A stretch of DNA of 42,025 nucleotides from Bacteroidales bacterium. GTDB taxonomy: Bacteria > Bacteroidota > Bacteroidia > Bacteroidales > Muribaculaceae. The position numbers and the translations under genes were made by a program. The stretch covers positions 1 to 42,025 of the forward strand of contig SFER01000001.1 of NCBI GenBank assembly GCA_004557195.1, given 5' to 3'. Shown here one piece after another: positions 1 through 8,979 of the stretch (position 1 is its first letter; each line of letters opens with the position of its first letter). The notes beneath the pieces are model-generated. The model saw nothing but the letters and a program-made list of their open reading frames with translations, searched no databases and had not been told where the DNA came from.

Positions 1-489
1 GCAATGGTTGTGAGAAATGTTGGATGGGATGCTAATGGTACTTCACCAAGCAATTCAGGTGGCGCATTTAACACTACTTATTATTGTGAAAATATCCCCA
101 CCGTGGCAAACGCTTCTGCAGGGCAACTCTATCTCGAAACTTCATTCGGTGTACGTCCTATAACTCTCACAGGTTATTACAAATATAAATTGTGCGACGC
201 CAAGCTCGATGAGACCGAAAAAGCCAAAGTTACCGTTACAGTGTATGACAGCAGCAATGCGGTTGTAGGTGTAGGCAGCGTAGAGCTTGGTGCTCAGGCC
301 AACTATACTCAATTCAATGTGCCTGTTACCTACTCGGTGCTCAAAAAGGCTAACAAAATTAAGATTATGATTACGTCGTCAAATCGTGCTGAAGGTTCGG
401 TTAAGGTTTCCGACCACCTCGGTGAACGTGAAGCCTCGAAATATGGTGCTATCCTCACCGTCGATAATCTCTCATTCTCTTACAAATAA
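1..489 (+). CDS. C-terminal part of a PCMD-like surface protein; the 5' end lies outside the window
   Basis: The frame is open from base 1 (ORF track 4..489). The beta-rich tail ...ILTVDNLSFSYK parallels the ...LYLDDLELVYE and ...LWLDELQLDWDYDQ tails of the two PCMD paralogues downstream. There is an 11-nt gap to the next gene on the same strand. Confidence 0.5.
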   Translation, partial: AMVVRNVGWDANGTSPSNSGGAFNTTYYCENIPTVANASAGQLYLETSFGVRPITLTGYYKYKLCDAKLDETEKAKVTVTVYDSSNAVVGVGSVELGAQANYTQFNVPVTYSVLKKANKIKIMITSSNRAEGSVKVSDHLGEREASKYGAILTVDNLSFSYK

Positions 490-500
490 AATAGCAAGCA

Positions 501-2030
501 ATGAAACAGACAATTAAAATATTTCTTTTGGGAGCGATTGCGGCATTGTCGATGACAAGTTGCGACGACCCGGTGTATCCCAATATCGACAATGGCGAGG
601 GATTCGGCACCGGTTCACTCAAAACAGCCTCCCTTTCGGTTTCTGTCCTCAATAGCGAGGAGGTGCTCGAAAGCCGCGCCGGTGTTGATGTGAGCAATTT
701 CACTGTGAAAATCATCAACGAGGCAGGCGAAACCGTCAACACATGGCTTTATAGCAAAATGCCCGAAATTGTAACACTCAACGTGGGCAAATACACACTC
801 GAGGTGTATAACGAGGAGTGCAAAGACGCAGATTGGGATTCTCCCTACTACTACGCCACCAAGGAGTTCACCATCGCGAAAAACGATGTTTCCACCATTG
901 GCGAAGTGGTGTGCAAACTTGCCAATGTGAAGGTGTCGGTGAAATATTCCGATGCTCTCAAGGCAGCACTCGGCGATGATGTGAATGTCAACGTGGTTGT
1001 GGGCAACCAATTCTCGCTCGACTACAAATATGGCGAGGAGCGCGCAGGTTTCTTCCGCTATATCGAAGGCAGCAGCACTCTCGTTGCCACTTTCTCGGGT
1101 ACTGTTGAAGGCTATTATATCAGCGACTACAAAGTGATTTCGGATGTTGCCCCCGGACAGCACCGCATCATCACATTCTCGCTCAAAAGCACCCCCGACA
1201 CCCCCGACGAGAGCGGTTCGATTGGAAACACCGGTCTTTCGCTCGACTTCAGCGTGGATAAAGTTGACCTCACTCTCGACAATCCGGTTACCGAAGACCC
1301 TGTAGATCCCGACGATATGCTCGAACTCGGCGAACAAGCACTCTCGTTCACCAACGTGGCAGGCAGCAAGACCGTTACCATCACCTCTACAGGCGATTGG
1401 ACCGCTACAAGCAACGCTTCGTGGTGCACTGTGGCTCCCGCTTCGGGTGCAAAAGGCACAACCACTGTAACTGTTAATGTTACTGAAAACGAAAGTATGG
1501 AATCGGGTCGCTCGGCTGTCGTTACATTCCGTATGGGCGATGTTGAGACCGAACTCACTGTAACTCAGGCTCCGAAACCCGACGAGACTGCTCCGACAAT
1601 CACCAGTGAGACTCTCGACCTCTCGAGCGTGAACAACTACACCGAAAGCCTCGTTGCCAAGGTGCTCATCAATGCCCCCAACGGCATTGCCAACCTCAAT
1701 GTGGTTATCAATTCCGAGACACTTACTCCTGCCGAGCTCGAATCGGTTGAACTTTGCGACAGATTCGACCTCGTAGATCCTCAATATCCTTCCAACAGTC
1801 CTTACAACGGCAATCCCGATTATGCCGGTGTGCTCAACACCAAACTTTCAGCCCTCGGATTCCCGACACAATCTAATGTGGCAGGACAGACATCACTCGA
1901 ATTTGACATCACCGGCTTCTTGCCTATGCTTAAAGCACTCGGCTCGGGTCAAAGCAACTTCGTTCTCGAAGTAGTTGATACCAAGCGACAAATCGTATCG
2001 GCAGCAATCCGTATTAACATTCCTGAATGA
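501..2030 (+). CDS. Surface lipoprotein with a DUF4493-like N-terminal region and a BACON-like domain
   Basis: ATG at 501. Lipobox signal MKQTIKIFLLGAIAALSMTSC followed by acidic DD. The DUF4493-like block (VSNFTVKIINEAGE...GKYTLEVYNEE...DSPYYYATKEFTI...VVCKLANVKVSV) is paralogous to the N-terminus of the next ORF. The BACON-like segment is TVTITSTGDWTATSNASWCTVAPASGAKGTTTVTVNVTENES...RSAVVTF. Confidence 0.7.
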   Translation: MKQTIKIFLLGAIAALSMTSCDDPVYPNIDNGEGFGTGSLKTASLSVSVLNSEEVLESRAGVDVSNFTVKIINEAGETVNTWLYSKMPEIVTLNVGKYTLEVYNEECKDADWDSPYYYATKEFTIAKNDVSTIGEVVCKLANVKVSVKYSDALKAALGDDVNVNVVVGNQFSLDYKYGEERAGFFRYIEGSSTLVATFSGTVEGYYISDYKVISDVAPGQHRIITFSLKSTPDTPDESGSIGNTGLSLDFSVDKVDLTLDNPVTEDPVDPDDMLELGEQALSFTNVAGSKTVTITSTGDWTATSNASWCTVAPASGAKGTTTVTVNVTENESMESGRSAVVTFRMGDVETELTVTQAPKPDETAPTITSETLDLSSVNNYTESLVAKVLINAPNGIANLNVVINSETLTPAELESVELCDRFDLVDPQYPSNSPYNGNPDYAGVLNTKLSALGFPTQSNVAGQTSLEFDITGFLPMLKALGSGQSNFVLEVVDTKRQIVSAAIRINIPE

Positions 2031-4228
2031 TTATGAAGAAGTTAATTTATAATATAGCACTGGTGGGTCTCCTCGCAGGAGGCCTCACCTCCTGCCAATC
2101 CGACAAACTCGGAGAGGGGCAAGGCAAGGTTACATTCACTCTGTCGCTCGATGATGATGTGAAACTCTATTCACGCGCCGCAGCCGAAAACTCCGAAGAA
2201 TTGGCTAAGAACTGCACAATCTATGTATATAACTCAGCCGAGACACTTGTGCGCAAGTATCACGGAATAGATGAAGTGCCTGCCGAAATATGGCTCGTGA
2301 GCGACAACTACCGCGCCGAGGCTTGGGCAGGAAAGAAAACCGCCGCTTCGTTCACCGACAAGTATTACCGCGGCGTGCAGCCTTTCACTGTGTCAAACGA
2401 AGGCACTCAGACAGTGGCTATCAACTGCACCGTGGCAAACACCGTGGCTTCGGTGAACATGACTCCCGAGGCTGCCGCCATGCTTGCCGACTACACCGTT
2501 ACTATCGGCAATGCCAAAGGCTCGCTCGACTTCGATGCCACTAACACCGATGCCAAAGGCTACTACATGATGGGCAACAACGAGACTTCGCTCACATGGA
2601 CCCTCACCGGTACTCAGCCCAACGGCACTATCTACTCGCAAGAGGGCACTATCGACAATGTGAAGGCTGCAACAGAATACCGCCTCACATTCAAATACAA
2701 CGGCGTTGATACCGAAATCGGTGGTGCGATGTTCACTGTTACTGTCGATGAAAGCACTATTGACATCGAGGACAACATCACAATCATGGCGGCTCCGCGC
2801 ATCACTTGCTCGGGCTACAACGACTTCAAGGAGCCTGTGGTGCTTGAGAAGAACCAGTTCCGCCAGGCTGTTATCTATGTGTCGTCGCCCACTCAGTTGA
2901 GCGCGTTGAAGATTTCTTCGGAAGCATTTACAACCAAATTCGGGTTGTCATACAACAGTTACAACTTCAACCTCATGGACGAAAGCGCAAAAGCCGAACT
3001 CGCAGCCAAGGGTATCACTCTCACCGATGCCACTCCTGCCGATGCCAATGGCGGCTCGCTTGCAAAACTCATCTTCACCAAGGACCTCCTCAACAGCAGC
3101 CTTAACGAGAATGGCGAATACACCATCACTATCGAGGCTACCGATGCCCGCAGCACCGACGCTTCGTTGTGCAAGACCAGCACCGCAGTGTGGAACATTG
3201 AGGTAACCGATGCCTACCTTATGACTTCCGATGCCGCATTTGCCGATGTTAAGCAATATTCCGCTACCATCCGTGGCACAATCCTCAAAGACGCAGCCAC
3301 AGGCATCAAGTTGCAGTATATCGAAGACGGCGGTTCTGTTTGGAACGATGTAGAGCCTACAATCGAAGGTACCGCGCTTTCGGCAAAACTCACCGGCTTG
3401 ACACCGCTCACAACCTATCGTTTCCGCGCAATTTGCAACGAATACACAGCCAAGGAGAAGACATTCACTACAGGTAGCGCAATGCCACTCACAAATGGTG
3501 GATTTGAAGACTGGTTTACCGATAGCGACGATGCGCTTGTTCCATCTGCCGGCTCGGGCAGCAACCTCTTCTGGGATTGCGGTAACCACGGCTCAATCAC
3601 GTTGAACGTGAACATTACCAACCCCGAGACTTCATTCGTTCATGGTGGCTCCAAGTCGATAAAGATGTCATCGAAATATGTCAACCTTGCAGGTATCGGT
3701 AAGTTTGCCGCAGGTAACGCATTTATAGGACAGTATCTCGCAACCAATGGTACTGATGGTATCCTCGGTTTCGGACGTCCGTTCACATCACGTCCCAAGG
3801 CACTCCGTGGATATTGCCGCTACATCTCTAAGGCTATCGACAACATCACGAACGATGGTAAGAGCAACGGCGCTGTTAAGGGCGAGAACGACCGTGGTAT
3901 CGTGTATGTTGCAATGTTTGACGGAACAACCGACACATACACCTACAAGGGCAACCCCTACACATGGCCTATGGTAATCCGCACCAAGAACAAAGAGCGT
4001 CTCTTCAGCAAAACCGATGAGCGCGTGATTGGTTATGGTGAAATAATCTGGACCGAATCGACAGCCGGCGAAAATTGGATTCAATTTGAAGTGCCCATCA
4101 CCTACAACCGGGATGTCAACCCGAGTGCTATGCTCATCGTTTGCTCGGCAAGTTATTGGGGCGACTTCTTCACCGGTGGCGACGGCAGTACGCTCTATCT
4201 CGACGACCTCGAACTCGTTTATGAATAA
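2027..4228 (+). CDS. Surface lipoprotein: DUF4493-like region, Fn3-like domain and C-terminal PCMD (putative carbohydrate metabolism domain)
   Basis: The ATG overlaps the upstream TGA (ATGA), so the genes are probably translationally coupled. An alternative ATG is at 2033. Lipobox LLAGGLTSCQSD. Fn3-like LTGLTPLTTYRFRA. PCMD-like motifs NGGFEDW, FWDCGNHG, GKFAAGN, GTDGILGFGRPFTSRPKALRG and SASYWGDFFTGGDGSTLYLDDLELVYE are shared with ORF 6030..7595. Confidence 0.75.
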   Translation: MIMKKLIYNIALVGLLAGGLTSCQSDKLGEGQGKVTFTLSLDDDVKLYSRAAAENSEELAKNCTIYVYNSAETLVRKYHGIDEVPAEIWLVSDNYRAEAWAGKKTAASFTDKYYRGVQPFTVSNEGTQTVAINCTVANTVASVNMTPEAAAMLADYTVTIGNAKGSLDFDATNTDAKGYYMMGNNETSLTWTLTGTQPNGTIYSQEGTIDNVKAATEYRLTFKYNGVDTEIGGAMFTVTVDESTIDIEDNITIMAAPRITCSGYNDFKEPVVLEKNQFRQAVIYVSSPTQLSALKISSEAFTTKFGLSYNSYNFNLMDESAKAELAAKGITLTDATPADANGGSLAKLIFTKDLLNSSLNENGEYTITIEATDARSTDASLCKTSTAVWNIEVTDAYLMTSDAAFADVKQYSATIRGTILKDAATGIKLQYIEDGGSVWNDVEPTIEGTALSAKLTGLTPLTTYRFRAICNEYTAKEKTFTTGSAMPLTNGGFEDWFTDSDDALVPSAGSGSNLFWDCGNHGSITLNVNITNPETSFVHGGSKSIKMSSKYVNLAGIGKFAAGNAFIGQYLATNGTDGILGFGRPFTSRPKALRGYCRYISKAIDNITNDGKSNGAVKGENDRGIVYVAMFDGTTDTYTYKGNPYTWPMVIRTKNKERLFSKTDERVIGYGEIIWTESTAGENWIQFEVPITYNRDVNPSAMLIVCSASYWGDFFTGGDGSTLYLDDLELVYE

Positions 4229-4253
4229 CAATCTTGTCTCATAAATACCAAGT

Positions 4254-4296
4254 ACTTGCGCGGCAGCGGCAAAAGGCAGCCGCGCAAGTTTTTTTC
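4254..4296 (+). terminator. Rho-independent terminator after the first lipoprotein operon
   Basis: An 11-bp stem ACTTGCGCGGC (4254-4264) / GCCGCGCAAGT (4279-4289), followed by a run of T (TTTTTTTC). Confidence 0.7.
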
Positions 4297-4334
4297 AAAT
4301 ACGGTAGCAATTTGCACAGCATTGCTATTTTTAG

Positions 4335-4342
4335 TATTTTTG
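4335..4342 (+). promoter_or_regulatory. Bacteroidetes-type -7 promoter box (TAnnTTTG)
   Basis: TATTTTTG lies 26 nt upstream of the ATG at 4368, directly after the terminator. Confidence 0.45.
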
Positions 4343-4367
4343 CAAAACAATTAGTATAACATCTTTT

Positions 4368-5117
4368 ATGAATGTAATTTCTAAGGCTATGTGTTCCATC
4401 ATGCTCATCACCTCGATGGTAATGGGCACGGCAAATGCCATAGCACAGGAAAAAACAGAGAAAGTGTTTGGAGATTACACATTTGTCCCCAAAGGACAGT
4501 GGGTAGCAGGCTTGAGCGCATCGTTCAGCCAAAGCAACAACAATAATTATCAGTTTCTTATAGTGGAGAACATCAGCGGCAACACTTATTCAATGAAGGT
4601 TAGCCCGATGTTTTGCTATATATTCAAAGACAACCTCGGTATAGGTGGCAGATTCGGCTATTCCCGCTCGCGTACTAAATACAACAGCGCCGACTTGATT
4701 CTCGACACCGAAACCAGTTACGAAGTTGAAAACTACTACAGCATCAACCAGACATTCTCGGGAATGGGCATTTTCCGCACCTATATCCCGCTGGGTCATC
4801 AAAATCGCTTCGCTCTGTTCAACGAGGTGCAACTCGAATTTGGCTACGGCGAGTCGAAACTCACAAAAGGTCTCGGCACCGACTTTAGCGGCACATTTCA
4901 ACGCAATTACTCGGTGAACCTCGGTTTGTGTCCCGGAATGGTGATGTTCCTCAACAACTACTCGGCTATCGAAGTGAATGTGGGTGTACTCGGTTTCGGA
5001 TACACACACACCAAATCCACTACAGACCAAATATATGTGGCAAACCTCAAAACCCGGTCTGCCAATTTCAAAGTGAACTTATTCTCCATCTCGTTTGGAG
5101 CAGTGTTTTACCTATAA
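4368..5117 (+). CDS. Outer-membrane beta-barrel protein (paralogue 1)
   Basis: Cleavable signal peptide (..MVMGTANAIAQE). Alternating amphipathic beta-strand pattern. C-terminal ANFKVNLFSISFGAVFYL ends in an aromatic-x-hydrophobic residue pattern. Shares FVPKxQW, FNEVxLxF and ANFKVNLFxIxFG with ORF 5130..6017. Confidence 0.65.
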   Translation: MNVISKAMCSIMLITSMVMGTANAIAQEKTEKVFGDYTFVPKGQWVAGLSASFSQSNNNNYQFLIVENISGNTYSMKVSPMFCYIFKDNLGIGGRFGYSRSRTKYNSADLILDTETSYEVENYYSINQTFSGMGIFRTYIPLGHQNRFALFNEVQLEFGYGESKLTKGLGTDFSGTFQRNYSVNLGLCPGMVMFLNNYSAIEVNVGVLGFGYTHTKSTTDQIYVANLKTRSANFKVNLFSISFGAVFYL

Positions 5118-5129
5118 CCGCCCGGCATC

Positions 5130-6017
5130 ATGAAGAAAACAGTTTCACTCCTTATTCTGACAATTATCACGGCACTCTCGGTGCGCGCTGTCGATGAACT
5201 CCCCAACATCCCGGGGCTGTATCGCGGCGACCTGCCCGAATTTATCGAGAGAGCCGACACTATACTCCCGGGACTCGAAGACGGGCTGCGCAGAGTGGTC
5301 ATCAATGGCGACACCGCAGATATTGTTATCCCCGGAAAGAACCTCGGCAGATACGACCGCGGACTGTTCAACTATCTGTTTGTGCCCAAAAAACAGTGGG
5401 CATTCGGTCTCACAGTGTCGTATGGCGAACTCACCTCGGAGGATTTGCGGCTGTTTGACGTTCTCGGCGACCTCGATGTCAAAGGCAGCGCATTCTCCAT
5501 TCGCCCCTATGTGAGTTATTTCTTTGCCAACAACTCCTCGATAGGTATGCGCCTCAGTTATGTGCGCAACAACCTCGACCTCAGCTCGATGGATGTAGAT
5601 TTTATCGACGACTTGAGTTTCTCGCTCAAAGGGATACTCTACAACACCGAGAGCTACTCGGCATCTATCTTCTATCGGCACTATTTCGGACTCGATGCGT
5701 CGAAACGCTTCGGCGTGTTCAACGAGGTGGACCTCTCGTTCTCAAGCGGCAACGGCCAGTTCCGCCGTGTATATGACGGCGAGCCTCGCGACACCCGCAC
5801 CAACACTGTGGAGGCGCGTCTCAACTTTTCGCCCGGATTGAGTGTGTTCATAATGGACAATGTGAGTTTCGACGTGTCGTTTGGTGTACTCGGATTCTAT
5901 CTCAAAAACGAAAAACAGAAGACCAACGGGACGAACGAAGGCTCTCGATTCTCGAGCGGTGCCAATTTCAAGGTGAACCTCTTCAATATCAATTTCGGAG
6001 TGTCGGTTCACATATAA
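5130..6017 (+). CDS. Outer-membrane beta-barrel protein (paralogue 2)
   Basis: Signal peptide MKKTVSLLILTIITALSVRAVDE. Carries the same conserved blocks as ORF 4368..5117 (FVPKKQWAFGL, FGVFNEVDLSFS, ANFKVNLFNINFGVSVHI). There is a 12-nt gap on either side. Confidence 0.65.
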   Translation: MKKTVSLLILTIITALSVRAVDELPNIPGLYRGDLPEFIERADTILPGLEDGLRRVVINGDTADIVIPGKNLGRYDRGLFNYLFVPKKQWAFGLTVSYGELTSEDLRLFDVLGDLDVKGSAFSIRPYVSYFFANNSSIGMRLSYVRNNLDLSSMDVDFIDDLSFSLKGILYNTESYSASIFYRHYFGLDASKRFGVFNEVDLSFSSGNGQFRRVYDGEPRDTRTNTVEARLNFSPGLSVFIMDNVSFDVSFGVLGFYLKNEKQKTNGTNEGSRFSSGANFKVNLFNINFGVSVHI

Positions 6018-6029
6018 TCAAGCGATATT

Positions 6030-7595
6030 ATGAAGCGAAATATTCTGTTACTTGCAATATCAGTGTTGTTTTTGGTGGGCTGCATCAAAAACGACATCCC
6101 ATATCCGATGATTCAGGTGGATTTTCTCTCGATTTCTGCTGAAGGCGAATCATCGCCTGCGACTATCGACACCAAAAAACTTATCGTAACCCTCAATTTT
6201 CCCGAGCAAGCCGATATCGGGAAGGTGAAAATAACTGATTTCAGCATCACCGAGGGCGCAACACTTCTGTCGCCCGACACCGCTGAAACGCTCGACCTTC
6301 GCACCGGCAATGTAAAGGCTGTGCTGAGCCTGTATCAGAACTATGAGTGGACCATCACCGCCAATCAAGAGATAGAACGCTATTTCACCGTAGAAAACCA
6401 GGTGGGCGCGAGCGTAATCGACGTGCCCGGCAAGCGCGTGGTGGCTTATGTCTCTAAAAACACCGACATCTCGAGGCTCAAAGTGCTTTCGCTCAAACTC
6501 GGTCCTGCCGACATCTCCACTTATCTCCCCGAAGCCGAGGGGAAATACTGCGACTTCAACGACCCGATAATAGTATTTGTCGATTATCATGGTGTGCGCG
6601 ACCGCTGGACGCTCTATGTGAAGCGTTCCAATAGCGATGTGAGCACCGACCGCGTAGATGCCTGGACCAGCGTGGCGTGGGCTTACGGCTCGGGTCAGGA
6701 TGGTTATGACAACGGATTTGAATATCGCAAGACAAGCGACACCGAGTGGACCCGCGTTCCCGCAGAGTGGGTAACGCATAAAGGTGGTGCATTCACGGCT
6801 CGAATAATCCATCTCGAACCGCTCACAGAATACTCGGTGCGTGCCTATTCAGGCTCAAACTATGGCGGCGAGACAATCTTCACCACCGCTGGAATGCTCG
6901 AAATCCCCAATGCGTCGTTTGAAGACTGGACTCTCGATGGCAAACAGTGGAATCCGTGGATATTGGACAAAGACAAGTTCTGGGACACCGGCAACCGCGG
7001 CGCTACCACGCTCGGCGACAGCAATAGCGTTCCCACCGACGAAGGCTACAAAGGAAAAGGCGCGTTGCTCCAAACCAAGTTTGTGGGCATCTCCATTGTG
7101 GGGAAACTCGCTGCCGGAAATATCTACACCGGAGATTTTATCCGTGTCGATGGCACCAATGGCATACTTAATTTCGGGCGCGAATTCACCGGGCGTCCCA
7201 CTCGCCTCCGCGGTATGTTCAAGTATTCCACTTCGCCGATAGCCTACACAAGTACGGAATATTCCCATTTGAAAGGGGAGCCGGACACCGCCAGCATATA
7301 CATTGCACTCACCGACTGGGCGCAGCAGTTTGAGATACGCACAAATCCCAAGAACCGCCAGTTGTTCGACCCCAAAGACGATGCCGTGATAGCCTATGGC
7401 GCATTGCAATACGGCTATGATGTACCGGAATACACCGAGTTCAAGATCGACCTTGAGTATCGCTCGACATCTCGAGTGCCACGCTACATCGTCATCGTGG
7501 CATCGGCAAGCAAGTATGGCGATTTCTTCACCGGTGGCGCCACAAGCACTCTGTGGCTCGATGAACTCCAATTAGACTGGGACTACGACCAATAG
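6030..7595 (+). CDS. Lipoprotein with an Fn3-like domain and a C-terminal PCMD domain
   Basis: Lipobox LFLVGCIKND. Fn3-like HLEPLTEYSVRAYS. PCMD-like NASFEDW, FWDTGNRG, GKLAAGN, GTNGILNFGREFTGRPTRLRG and ASASKYGDFFTGGATSTLWLDELQLDW. Confidence 0.75.
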   Translation: MKRNILLLAISVLFLVGCIKNDIPYPMIQVDFLSISAEGESSPATIDTKKLIVTLNFPEQADIGKVKITDFSITEGATLLSPDTAETLDLRTGNVKAVLSLYQNYEWTITANQEIERYFTVENQVGASVIDVPGKRVVAYVSKNTDISRLKVLSLKLGPADISTYLPEAEGKYCDFNDPIIVFVDYHGVRDRWTLYVKRSNSDVSTDRVDAWTSVAWAYGSGQDGYDNGFEYRKTSDTEWTRVPAEWVTHKGGAFTARIIHLEPLTEYSVRAYSGSNYGGETIFTTAGMLEIPNASFEDWTLDGKQWNPWILDKDKFWDTGNRGATTLGDSNSVPTDEGYKGKGALLQTKFVGISIVGKLAAGNIYTGDFIRVDGTNGILNFGREFTGRPTRLRGMFKYSTSPIAYTSTEYSHLKGEPDTASIYIALTDWAQQFEIRTNPKNRQLFDPKDDAVIAYGALQYGYDVPEYTEFKIDLEYRSTSRVPRYIVIVASASKYGDFFTGGATSTLWLDELQLDWDYDQ

Positions 7596-7742
7596 CAGCG
7601 GCGCTATTGCTCCAAGTTTAGGCGTAATTGCCGTAACGCCTCGGCTGCCGATTCGTTTTGGTCGAGCAGCGTTACAAACTTTGAGCCGATGATTGCTCCG
7701 GAGGCGTTTGCCATTGCCGATGTCAGCGTCTGGCGATTGCTA

Positions 7743-7850
7743 ATTCTTGTGAGCGCCTGTGTGGTTCAAGCCCTCACGCTTTAGATAGATTTGTGCCCTA
7801 TAGCGCTCACTTAGTCGCTTGGCAAAGTAAAGCGGTGACGGACTCCCGCC
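7743..7850 (-). pseudogene. trpB: Relic fragment of tryptophan synthase beta chain
   Basis: The translated minus strand gives [36 protein letters not shown]. This matches the conserved TrpB block ([37 protein letters not shown]) that contains the PLP-binding lysine. The reading frame stops right after HK. The sequence on both sides has at most faint resemblance to TrpB, and about 350 aa of the protein are missing. Confidence 0.6.
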
Positions 7851-7920
7851 CGTCGTCGCAGCGGCGGCAGAATTTGTATTAATATACGTTAAGTGGTTTG
7901 GTGCTATGAGTTGGATTTCG

Positions 7921-7928
7921 TACCTTTG
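7921..7928 (+). promoter_or_regulatory. -7 promoter box (TAnnTTTG) for the DUF4886-like gene
   Basis: TACCTTTG lies 42 nt upstream of the ATG at 7970. Confidence 0.4.
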
Positions 7929-7969
7929 TTTGTAAATACTCATTTGATTTAATCTCTAAATTATACACT

Positions 7970-8803
7970 ATGAAAAGATTTCTTTATCTGTTTTTGTTCT
8001 GCTGCATTGCTGTTATCAGTTATGCCGGCACACCTGTGAAAATTCTCGCTATCGGAAATAGTTTCTCGGAAGACGCTATTGAACAAAATCTCAACGAGTT
8101 GGCTTCGGCTGCGGGGTATTCAACGATTATCGGCAACCTCTACATCCCGGGTTGCTCGCTGGAGCGCCACTATGACAATGCGGCGCGCAATATCGGCGAT
8201 TACCGCTACCGCAAAATCGGGGTTGATAACGTAACGGTAGAAACTAACAAGGTAGCTCTTGAGACTGCCATCGGTGATGAGAAGTGGAATTATATCAGCC
8301 TGCAGCAGGCAAGCCATTTCTCCGGTTTGTGGAACACCTACGAGCCTTATTTGCATGAGTTGGTAACTTATATCCACAAGTTGGCACCACAAGCCAAGAT
8401 TGTGTGGCACCAAACATGGGCTTATGCTCAAAACTCCGACCACAGCGGATTTAAAAACTACGCAGGGAGCCAAAAACAGATGTATGATGAGATAATGAAA
8501 TGTTCGCAGCGCGCTGTGAATGAGGAAGGCTTTGATATTATAGTGCCCAACGGCACTGCCATGCAGAATGCACGCACCACATTTATTGGCGACAACATCA
8601 CTCGCGACGGTTATCACCTCAACTTGGTGTATGGCAGATATACAGCCGCGTGCACCTGGTTTGAGGCGATTTTCAAGAAATCGGTCGTTGGGAATAGTTA
8701 CGCCCCCAAGGTGATGAGCCGCGAGTTGATTCGCGCGGCACAGACTGCGGCACACAATGCTGTGAGCAATCCCTATTCGGTAACCGAGGAGAAGCGGAAA
8801 TAG
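7970..8803 (+). CDS. Secreted SGNH-hydrolase-type protein (DUF4886-like)
   Basis: Signal peptide, then KILAIGNSFSEDA (SGNH block I with a Ser nucleophile) and C-terminal RDGYHLN (DxxH block V). The layout is as I recall it for Bacteroides DUF4886 proteins. Confidence 0.7.
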   Translation: MKRFLYLFLFCCIAVISYAGTPVKILAIGNSFSEDAIEQNLNELASAAGYSTIIGNLYIPGCSLERHYDNAARNIGDYRYRKIGVDNVTVETNKVALETAIGDEKWNYISLQQASHFSGLWNTYEPYLHELVTYIHKLAPQAKIVWHQTWAYAQNSDHSGFKNYAGSQKQMYDEIMKCSQRAVNEEGFDIIVPNGTAMQNARTTFIGDNITRDGYHLNLVYGRYTAACTWFEAIFKKSVVGNSYAPKVMSRELIRAAQTAAHNAVSNPYSVTEEKRK

Positions 8804-8811
8804 CAGGTTTT

Positions 8812-8848
8812 CAACCACCTCTCTGTTAAGCGAATGGAGAGGTGGTTG
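8812..8848 (+). terminator. Perfect 12-bp hairpin downstream of the DUF4886-like gene (possible terminator without a T-tract)
   Basis: CAACCACCTCTC (8812-8823) / GAGAGGTGGTTG (8837-8848) with a 13-nt loop. No T-run follows. Confidence 0.35.
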
Positions 8849-8924
8849 TCATAGAAAAGTGGAAATTTTGAGGTGCTATTGTAAATTAATTGCATAACTT
8901 TTAAAATAATACAAAATAAATCAC

Positions 8925-8932
8925 TAACTTTG
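8925..8932 (+). promoter_or_regulatory. -7 promoter box (TAnnTTTG) for the Wzc-like gene
   Basis: TAACTTTG lies 48 nt upstream of the ATG at 8980, in an AT-rich spacer. Confidence 0.45.
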
Positions 8933-8979
8933 TGGGCAATTTATATTTAGTTGATAACAAAAACATCTGTTAAGTTACT

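Noticed and set aside
615-1784. 389-aa ORF antisense to the DUF4493/BACON lipoprotein gene
   Set aside because: It lies entirely inside a well-supported sense gene. Its composition is rich in Val, Gly, His and Cys with no recognisable motif, no promoter box and no signal peptide. This is a typical shadow ORF.
7755-7785. tRNA-like T-arm sequence (GGTTCAAGCCC)
   Set aside because: No acceptor, D or anticodon arms can be built around it. The string is simply the complement of the TrpB codons for REGLNHT.
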